DNA of 64,000 nucleotides from Gemmatimonadota bacterium (GTDB lineage Bacteria; Gemmatimonadota; Gemmatimonadetes; Palauibacterales; Palauibacteraceae): NCBI GenBank assembly GCA_049668445.1, contig JBATJK010000179.1, positions 10,567 to 74,566 of the forward strand, read 5' to 3'. Shown piece by piece: positions 57,363 to 64,000 of this stretch (position 1 is its first letter; each line of letters starts with the position of its first letter). The notes under the pieces were generated by a model. It saw only the letters and a program-made list of their open reading frames with translations, ran no database searches and was not told where the DNA came from. The position numbers and the translations under genes were made by a program.

Positions 57363-60300
57363 TCAGAATGCCGGGAGCAAGCTGAACTGGAAGAACCAGC
57401 CCTTGTCCGGACGCGTGATCGGATTCACGAAGTCCAGTTCCATGATGAGGAAGCCCAGAAGGTTCAGCCGCGCCGCAATTCCCACGCTGGCCACGACCTC
57501 GCTGCAATTCACCAGGATAGTCTGCCCTGCGCTCCCGTTGCAGCTCATCCTGGGCGTCACCCCGTCGCGCCACGCCACGCCCGCGTCGAAGAACGGCGCG
57601 ATCTCGACCGGAGGCGCTCCGGCCGACGGAATCACGCCGAAGAAACCGAGCAGCGGAATCCGGTACTCGAAGTTGGTCGACAGGATTCGCGTACCGAACA
57701 GGTTGTTGAACACGTCGCACGAGGACACTTCCGTGGACTGTCCGCATTCCTGGGCGCTGAACGATCCGTCGGAGAAACCTCGAATGATCGACGGATACCC
57801 GAGATACAGATCCGACAGCACGCGTACGTTCTCGTACCCCGGAACGGGGTTGTCGCTGATGTCCCCCCACCTGGCTTGCGAATCCGACCCGTACCGACCG
57901 AAGTGCATGATCCGGAACGCGAACGTGGTCGGCCGCACCGGCATGATGTATCTCCGGAAGTCCGCGAGGGCCGTCACGTAGTTCAGGTCCCCGACACGCG
58001 GCGAGACCTCGAACCGATAGCGCTGCCCGAGGATCGGTCCCGTGCCTCCGAAGATGGTGTTGTCATATACGAGAGCGGCCGCCGCGGTGCCCATGTTCAG
58101 GGAGCCCGGCGAAGGAAGTTCCACGGTTTCCCGGCTGACCTCAGCGCCGGAGAACGACAGCTCGCTGGTGCGAACCTCGTTATGGAAGTCGATCCCCTGG
58201 AATCCGGCCGTCAACTCGATCCGGTTCGCCCGGTTGATCGGAAAGCTGAAACCACCCGAGGCTATGCGATTCACCTGCCACTCGCGCAGTTCGGTCTCGA
58301 CGTACACGCCGTTCGCGTTGTCGACCCGGAGTCCGAACCGTCGGGTCACGTAGGGAATCTGGCCGATCTCCGCATTCCAGTTCCAGCGAGTGCGTCGGTT
58401 TTCGTATCCGACCACCAGCGCAGAACTCCGGAGCAAATTTCCGTTGGCCGTGTTGATGTTGAACAGGGTGCTCAGGTTCCGGTTGCCGAGCATGTCGCTG
58501 AAATAGAGCGAAATGCCGCCGGCCAGAAACGCCCCGTAGCGGTCGGCACCGGCCGCAAGCTGCGGCTGGCTCACATAGTCCAGCGTGATTCCGGGACTGT
58601 AGTCGATGCTCCCGAACGTCAGCGTGTCGGCCAGGCCGAGCTCGGGCTCATCGAGGAGCACGCTCACCAGGCCGGGCGAGCGATCCTGCGGAGGCAGCAT
58701 GGCAGGGCTGAGGCCCGCGATCGCCTCCTCGATCGGCTGCCCATCCAGGTCGGCTTGCGCGTCGATCCGGTACAGGTTGTAATCGCCGCGCTCGAACGCC
58801 GTGTACACGAGCCGATTCGCCCCGTGCGCCGAGGAAATAGCAGGACTGAGTGCCGTGATCCCGCTCACCCCGGTGACGAGGTCCGTGACCTGGTACAGGT
58901 TCCCGCCCTGGAATTCGTAGCGGTAGACGTTGCTGATCCCGCTGACATCGGTGACGAAGTAGAGGCTCTGGCCGTCCGGGGCCCACTGCGGGTCGATGTG
59001 CTTGCCCACGCCGAACACGGGCATGGCCTGGATCTCGCCGCTGGACGGGTCGATCAGGGCGAGCCGGTAGTTGCCGTAGCTGAGCGTGGCCAGGTCAGTC
59101 GAGAATCGGTCGGTCACGAACGCGATCGCGCCGCCATCGGGCGACCAGGAAGGCTGCAGGTCCGAGTAGAAGTCGGAGGTCAATCGGCGCAGTGCTTCGG
59201 TCTCGATATCCAGGATGAACAGGTCCGTGTAGCCGTTAACGATCGCCGCAAACACCACGCTTCGACCGTCGGGAGAGAACGAGGGCGTGTAGACCTCGCC
59301 CAACTCCGGGAACCGGACCTCCTTCACCTTCTTGCCCGTCTCGGCCTCGATGATCGCCAGCGCGGGACGACCCTGGATGACGACCCCGAAGGCGAAGTGC
59401 TGCCCGTCCGGGCTCCACGCGCCGGACGAATTGATGAACTGGAGGCTCTCGAAGTGCGAGTCCACGGCCGCCTTGGTGAGGCGACGGATGGTCTTGCCCG
59501 TCTCGGCGTCCGCCAGGAACATCTCGATGGCGAACAGGTCCTTCTCTGAGAGGAACACGACCCGTGAGCCGTCCGGGCTGATCGACGGCCCTATGTTGAG
59601 CCCACCTCCGCCCATCTTCTGCGAGATCAGCTGCGTCGCGTTGCCGTGCTGAGGCAGTGGCGGGAGATCTTTCAGATCCGGGATCCCCCTCTCCTCGTCG
59701 GGAGCACCGGGTTCCTCACCCGGCTCAGCATCCGGGGCATCCGGATCGACGAACGCGAAGTTCGCCCGGTCGCCCAGGGCATCCTCGGCCACGGAGGCGT
59801 AGGCATCGTAGATGGCCTGGTGCCACTCGGCCTCCAGCTGCGGGATCGGGATCTGGAGCACGGCTTCGAGCGCCTGCTCCGGGTTCCCGGACTGGCCGGC
59901 GACCTTGAGCGCCTTGCCGACGGCCTCGTCTCCCCACTTCCCCGCCACGAACGCCCAAAAAGCCTGGCCCCACCGGTACGGGAAGAACTCCCACTGCCGG
60001 GTCGTCAGGTCGCGCAGCGTCGGGAGACGACAGTTGCACGCCGCCGCGTCCCGCATCCACATGGCCGTATGGGCGTCGACCGGACCGACCGACAGGTACT
60101 CGGCCATCCCCTCGATGAACCACAGCGGGAGAAGAAGCGCCGTCGGACCTCGAAAACCGATCCCACCGTCGCCCGTCAGGCTGGTGATGTCGAACTGGAA
60201 CGCGTGGACGAGCTCGTGCCCCAGCACGTGGTCCGACTCGGCCAGGGTGCCGGCAAGCGGAAGCACGATGCGTCGCTTCAGCACCTCCGTCACACCACCC

Positions 60301-60647
60301 GTCGACTCGCCGAGCTGCCCGAACACGGCGTTGGTCTGCTCGAAGTCGGGGTGGCTGGCGTACAGGATCAGCGCCTGGCGACCCTTGAGCTCGTGATCCA
60401 GCAGGCGACCGATGCGAGCGTACCAGCGTTCCGCCATGCGGCCGGCTTCCCCGATGATGCTCTCCATCTCGGGGTAGTAGTAGATGTCGAAGTGCTCGGT
60501 CTGCAGGACCTCGGTGTCAAAGGTCTTGTACTGGACCTTGTTGCGACCGAAGTACTGAGCGTCGGCTGAATCCGGCAGGGTGGCCGCTCCCAGCAGGAGC
60601 GTCAGAAAAAAGAGCAGTGCCCTCGAGACGAACGGGCCACGTGTCAT
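57363..60647 (-). CDS. Large outer-membrane-associated fusion protein: N-terminal HExxH metallopeptidase-like domain + TolB-like beta-propeller + C-terminal Omp85/surface-antigen D15-type beta-barrel
   Basis: Signal peptide from the Met at 60647 (GGAGG RBS); HELVHAFQFD zinc motif; four or more TolB-type repeats (WSPDGQHFAF, FSPDGRSVVFAA, WSPDGGAIAFVTDR, WAPDGQSLYFVTD); C-terminal about 350-aa beta-barrel ending ...FQFSLLPAF. Confidence 0.7.
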   Translation of the reverse strand: MTRGPFVSRALLFFLTLLLGAATLPDSADAQYFGRNKVQYKTFDTEVLQTEHFDIYYYPEMESIIGEAGRMAERWYARIGRLLDHELKGRQALILYASHPDFEQTNAVFGQLGESTGGVTEVLKRRIVLPLAGTLAESDHVLGHELVHAFQFDITSLTGDGGIGFRGPTALLLPLWFIEGMAEYLSVGPVDAHTAMWMRDAAACNCRLPTLRDLTTRQWEFFPYRWGQAFWAFVAGKWGDEAVGKALKVAGQSGNPEQALEAVLQIPIPQLEAEWHQAIYDAYASVAEDALGDRANFAFVDPDAPDAEPGEEPGAPDEERGIPDLKDLPPLPQHGNATQLISQKMGGGGLNIGPSISPDGSRVVFLSEKDLFAIEMFLADAETGKTIRRLTKAAVDSHFESLQFINSSGAWSPDGQHFAFGVVIQGRPALAIIEAETGKKVKEVRFPELGEVYTPSFSPDGRSVVFAAIVNGYTDLFILDIETEALRRLTSDFYSDLQPSWSPDGGAIAFVTDRFSTDLATLSYGNYRLALIDPSSGEIQAMPVFGVGKHIDPQWAPDGQSLYFVTDVSGISNVYRYEFQGGNLYQVTDLVTGVSGITALSPAISSAHGANRLVYTAFERGDYNLYRIDAQADLDGQPIEEAIAGLSPAMLPPQDRSPGLVSVLLDEPELGLADTLTFGSIDYSPGITLDYVSQPQLAAGADRYGAFLAGGISLYFSDMLGNRNLSTLFNINTANGNLLRSSALVVGYENRRTRWNWNAEIGQIPYVTRRFGLRVDNANGVYVETELREWQVNRIASGGFSFPINRANRIELTAGFQGIDFHNEVRTSELSFSGAEVSRETVELPSPGSLNMGTAAAALVYDNTIFGGTGPILGQRYRFEVSPRVGDLNYVTALADFRRYIMPVRPTTFAFRIMHFGRYGSDSQARWGDISDNPVPGYENVRVLSDLYLGYPSIIRGFSDGSFSAQECGQSTEVSSCDVFNNLFGTRILSTNFEYRIPLLGFFGVIPSAGAPPVEIAPFFDAGVAWRDGVTPRMSCNGSAGQTILVNCSEVVASVGIAARLNLLGFLIMELDFVNPITRPDKGWFFQFSLLPAF

Positions 60648-60771
60648 ATCGTTCCTCCGTGGTCCGAAGGCTCCGCGCCTCCGGAGAAAAATACCGCCCC
60701 TCACGTGCGGTTCAGATCCATACCCGCCCTGGCCGATCGTGTTTCTCACCGACGACCGGCCCGGGGTGGAT

Positions 60772-61386
60772 TCAGTTGCAGGGTCGCACCATGCCATCAT
60801 AGCGGTCGCGCGCCCGCTCTGCCCGCTCCAGGTCGTCATATGGACCTAGAAACACTCGGGTTAGCCCATCCGGACCCTGCTGCTGGATCACCGGCAACCC
60901 GCGCTCGCGAAAGCCGCTGGCGATGCTCTCGGCGTTTGCCGGATCCGCGAACGCACCGACCTGCACAACGCTGCATGTCAGCATGGCCGACATCTCGACA
61001 ATCGAGATTCGCACTCGCGCGGTTCCCGGTCCCAGCATCTCGATGTCCCGGGCCGCTGCCATCGACAGGTCAATGACCCGATCGTCCACGAACGGCCCGC
61101 GATCGTTGATGCGCACCTCGGTTCGAAGCCCGTTGTCCAGGTTGTGGACCTGGACACGCGTTCCGAATGGCAGCCGCTTGTGGGCGGCCGTCATGGCCTC
61201 CATGTCATAGACCTCGCCGGAGGCCGTACGCTTCCCGTCAAACCCGGGTCCGTACCAGGAAGCGATTCCCTGCTCGGACCAGTTCTCGCTGACGCTGGTC
61301 ATGGGAGGCGGAGTCGTTCCCCCGCAGGCGGCAAGCAACAGGGAGGCAGCGACTAGCGCGAGTCGGACGGAACGGAGGTAGCCCAT
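60772..61386 (-). CDS. rlpA: Septal ring lytic transglycosylase RlpA-family lipoprotein (DPBB + SPOR domains)
   Basis: Lipobox LLLAACGG; DPBB domain (ASWYGPGFDGKRTASGEVYD...TRVQVHNLDNGLRTEVRINDRGPF); C-terminal SPOR domain. Confidence 0.8.
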   Translation of the reverse strand: MGYLRSVRLALVAASLLLAACGGTTPPPMTSVSENWSEQGIASWYGPGFDGKRTASGEVYDMEAMTAAHKRLPFGTRVQVHNLDNGLRTEVRINDRGPFVDDRVIDLSMAAARDIEMLGPGTARVRISIVEMSAMLTCSVVQVGAFADPANAESIASGFRERGLPVIQQQGPDGLTRVFLGPYDDLERAERARDRYDGMVRPCN

Positions 61387-61539
61387 GAGATTCAAGTTAC
61401 GGCCGCCGGGCGCTCGGCGGGAGTAGTTTGGGGGCACCGGGAGTACGATCGGCCGATTGCGTCCAGTCTCGCCGGTCCACACCATACAACGTCGATAGCA
61501 TGAGCTTCATTCAGGACCGACCAGCAACGGAGACCCGTC

Positions 61540-61962
61540 ATGAAGGACACGGAATACAGCATGCACCGGACCCTGCCCGGCCTCACGTTCGACGAGGCCA
61601 TCGAGGTCGTCACCGGCGCCCTGAAGGAAGAGGGATTCGGAATCCTGACGATGATCGACGTGGCCGAGACGCTGAAGACCAAGATCGGCGCGGACTTCCG
61701 TCCGTACGTGATCCTCGGGGCCTGCAATCCGGTGCTGGCCAACCAGGCGCTGTCGGCGGACGACAACATCGGTCTGATGTTGCCCTGCAACGTCGTGGTC
61801 GCCTCCGCCGACGGCGGTGCCGAGGTGGCGTTCGTCCGGCCCCACGCCATGATGGACATCGCGGACGCCCCCGAGATCCGGGACGTGGCCGACCTGGCCC
61901 AGGCAAAGCTCGAGCGAGCTCTCGAAGCCGTCGTGGCTCAATCAGGCTCCACGGGGGCGTAA
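61540..61962 (+). CDS. DUF302 domain protein
   Basis: Matches the DUF302 pattern (EGFGILTMIDVAETLKTKIGADFRPYVILGACNP). Confidence 0.7.
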   Translation: MKDTEYSMHRTLPGLTFDEAIEVVTGALKEEGFGILTMIDVAETLKTKIGADFRPYVILGACNPVLANQALSADDNIGLMLPCNVVVASADGGAEVAFVRPHAMMDIADAPEIRDVADLAQAKLERALEAVVAQSGSTGA

Positions 61963-63044
61963 GCAGCCCCCAGCGTGTAGGCGCCGGCCTCTACCGACCA
62001 CAGGATCGAGCCGGCCTCCAGGTCTACCGCCACGGCCCGGCCCGAGGTCTCCGGGGTTCCCTCACAGGACACGAACGCCCGCAGGCCCAGTTCGTCGAGT
62101 GCGATGCCGTGCGGGTGTTCCGCTCCCAACGGAATCCTCGCCGTCTCTGTCAGCGCGTTCGTGTCCACCATAGACAGAGACGCATCTCCCCGATTCGCCG
62201 TCACCAGCGTAGCTCCGTCCGGGGTAATGGCGATCTGGGCGGGCCTCGACCCGACAGCCACGGTTCCGACGATCTCGCCATTCGGACGAAACGCTCTCAC
62301 GGTGCCCGCGAGGTGCAGTCCCACCCAGATGACTTCCCCGTCCGGCGACCAGGCCAGGTTCAGCGGCTTCAGAACAGGCTTTCCGGGAGGTCCAGCCTCC
62401 GGACCCGCGGCGAAACGACCTCGCTCCTCCAGCGTCCAGGCGTCCAGGAGGACGATCTCGTCGCTCAGGCTGCAGGCCACGGCCACGAGGTCGCCTGCCG
62501 GATCCACCTCGGCGTGGTGCGGGCCGCTACATACCACCGGGGTCGCCACGACGGACAGGTCCGCCAGGTCCACCACGGAAACCCGACTCGGAACTCCCGG
62601 CTGGGAGCGATCGTAGTCCGGAACGAAGGCCCGAGACCCGTCAGGCGTGATTCCGATCCGGGCGGCCCCCGCCGCAGGCAAGGTTACACGCCCCACCAGT
62701 CGATCGCCGACCATTTCGTACTTCCACAGCGTGGGCTCGCCATGCGCCACCGTCGCGTACCAGTACCGCCCGTCCGGGCTGATCGCGACCGCGTGGGGCT
62801 CGTCCACCTCGTCGCGCCTTCGCTCGGTCGGAATGCGGCTCACGATCGCGCCGTCCGACGGGTCCATGCGAAGCACCTCGTCGGTGAAGCCCGACGTCAC
62901 GTACAGTCGACTGTCGGAGCCGGGGTCAGGATCACCGGGACCGTTGGGCTGCGAGGAGTCGTTCGAACACCCGGCGGCCAGCGCGCCGAGGACGGCGATC
63001 GTCGTCCAGGCCCCGCGCCTCAGAACGTCGGCTGAAGAACCCAT
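61938..63044 (-). CDS. YVTN-family beta-propeller repeat lipoprotein
   Basis: Lipobox LGALAAGCSNDSS from the Met at 63044; repeated VAISPDGRYWYAT / IGITPDGSRAFV / IAITPDGATLV 40-residue YVTN repeats. Confidence 0.6.
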   Translation of the reverse strand: MGSSADVLRRGAWTTIAVLGALAAGCSNDSSQPNGPGDPDPGSDSRLYVTSGFTDEVLRMDPSDGAIVSRIPTERRRDEVDEPHAVAISPDGRYWYATVAHGEPTLWKYEMVGDRLVGRVTLPAAGAARIGITPDGSRAFVPDYDRSQPGVPSRVSVVDLADLSVVATPVVCSGPHHAEVDPAGDLVAVACSLSDEIVLLDAWTLEERGRFAAGPEAGPPGKPVLKPLNLAWSPDGEVIWVGLHLAGTVRAFRPNGEIVGTVAVGSRPAQIAITPDGATLVTANRGDASLSMVDTNALTETARIPLGAEHPHGIALDELGLRAFVSCEGTPETSGRAVAVDLEAGSILWSVEAGAYTLGAAYAPVEPD

Positions 63045-64000
63045 AGGCCACTGTTCAGGTCCGAGACATAGATGAGTCCGTCGTGCAACTGGGGAGCCCA
63101 GCTGCACGTTCCGGATAGTGCGATGCACGCGCCGCCCACATCGTACTCGATGCTGGCGACCTGTCGGGCCTGCTTGTCGAGTTCGCCGAGCAGGCGGCCC
63201 GACACGTCCACGGCGTGGATGCCGTTCTCGTACCACGAGAAGTAGGCGATCCCGGCGGCTTCGTCGACCCAGAAATTGTGTGGTGCCGCGCCGGCCAGGG
63301 TGAAACTGGCCACCTGGCGGGGGGCCGAAAGGTCGTTGACATCCACGACGAGCACGCGCCCCGGGACGGCAATTTCGTCGCCCAGGAACACGTACCCGGA
63401 ATCGGGCCAGTACCAGGCGTTGTGCACATCATATCCCGGGACGGCGATACGGCTCACCTCCACCGGATTCGTCGGCGATCCTCCCGCGACTCCGTTGCCG
63501 ACATCCAGGATGATCAGGCCCGTGCTCCAGTGTGAGAGGAAGGCCAGCCCGTTACGCACGTAGACATCGTGCAGGAAGCTTCCTCCGCCGTAGAAGGAGG
63601 CCACGATCAGCGGATTCGCCGGATCCGATATGTCCAGGACGCGCAAGCCGGAACTTGGTACCGACCCATCCACCACCAGGTACGCGTAGTCGCCTTCGAT
63701 CCACACGTTGTGAACGCCGGGAGACAGATCGGGCGCGGTGAACCGGGTGATTATCGTCGGCTGGAGAGGATCCGCGAGGTCGAGCAGGGTGATCCCGTTG
63801 AGCCCGTCGTTGGAAGACTCGTGCGTGATGATCGCCAGCGTACCATCCGCACGCACCTTCACGTCGTTCACGACGCGGGCGTCCACCCGGATCGAATCGG
63901 TCAGAACCGGGGCGTCCCGCACGGTGATGTCCCACACGTAGAGGGTGTTGCCACACTGCCCGCCAGCGACGGCCCGGCATCCCCAGGTACCGGTGTACGC
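63020..64000 (-). CDS. LVIVD-repeat beta-propeller protein (partial; continues beyond the window end)
   Basis: Repeated LxxxDxxxP motifs (LLDLADPLQP, VLDISDPANP, VVDVNDLSAP); the reading frame stays open upstream of the track's M at 63937 to position 64000. Confidence 0.55.
   Translation of the reverse strand, partial: AYTGTWGCRAVAGGQCGNTLYVWDITVRDAPVLTDSIRVDARVVNDVKVRADGTLAIITHESSNDGLNGITLLDLADPLQPTIITRFTAPDLSPGVHNVWIEGDYAYLVVDGSVPSSGLRVLDISDPANPLIVASFYGGGSFLHDVYVRNGLAFLSHWSTGLIILDVGNGVAGGSPTNPVEVSRIAVPGYDVHNAWYWPDSGYVFLGDEIAVPGRVLVVDVNDLSAPRQVASFTLAGAAPHNFWVDEAAGIAYFSWYENGIHAVDVSGRLLGELDKQARQVASIEYDVGGACIALSGTCSWAPQLHDGLIYVSDLNSGLWVLQPTF

Noticed and set aside
57876-59549. 557-aa plus-strand ORF
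   Set aside because: Antisense to the peptidase/TolB/Omp85 fusion gene.
1-64000. Search for tRNA, rRNA, CRISPR arrays, IS elements and integrases
   Set aside because: No cloverleaf-like conserved tRNA motifs (GTTCRANYC), rDNA-like segments or regularly spaced direct repeats were seen. No transposase or integrase ORFs. The lower-GC islet lacks flanking repeats, tRNA or integrase, so it is not called a mobile element.

Overview
High-GC (about 65-68%) bacterial chromosomal window, densely coding on both strands. The organism is unknown; GldA/GldF/GldG-like ABC genes, abundant lipoproteins and Omp85/TolB-type fusions fit a Gram-negative lineage such as Gemmatimonadota, Bacteroidota or Myxococcota, but this is inference only.

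Housekeeping genes present:
- sigma-70 family sigma factor
- a DsbA-VKOR pair
- gyrA, uvrA, leuS
- threonine dehydratase
- class I glutamine amidotransferase
- two tandem amidohydrolases
- GT2 glycosyltransferase
- MsbA-like ABC exporter plus Kdo transferase
- Dam-class DNA methyltransferase
- tandem UspA, yggX
- CDF transporter
- S9 peptidase
- fumC
- Fur-family regulator
- pyrE, proline dehydrogenase, nfuA, rlpA

The standout is a roughly 10 kb cluster at 28989-38940 carrying about 55 CxxCH heme-binding motifs. It contains:
- a 9-heme lipoprotein cytochrome
- a small internally duplicated tetraheme cytochrome
- two tandem paralogous multiheme-c::diheme-cytochrome-b fusion proteins (11 and 19 hemes)
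- an outer-membrane beta-barrel gene translationally coupled to a 12-heme cytochrome

This architecture resembles porin-cytochrome extracellular electron transfer conduits fed by CbcL-like quinol oxidoreductases.

A second notable region is a 2.3 kb lower-GC islet (about 55% GC) at 46620-48950. It carries a secreted six-cysteine peptide gene with a decayed tandem copy, a lipoprotein, and a small membrane-protein gene interrupted by an in-frame TAG.

A 1094-aa HExxH-peptidase/TolB-propeller/Omp85-barrel fusion protein is also present.

The sequence as I read it disagreed with the supplied ORF track at several points; where they conflicted I followed the ORF-track arithmetic. Coordinates of non-ORF features taken from my own reading may be off by 1-2 nt.
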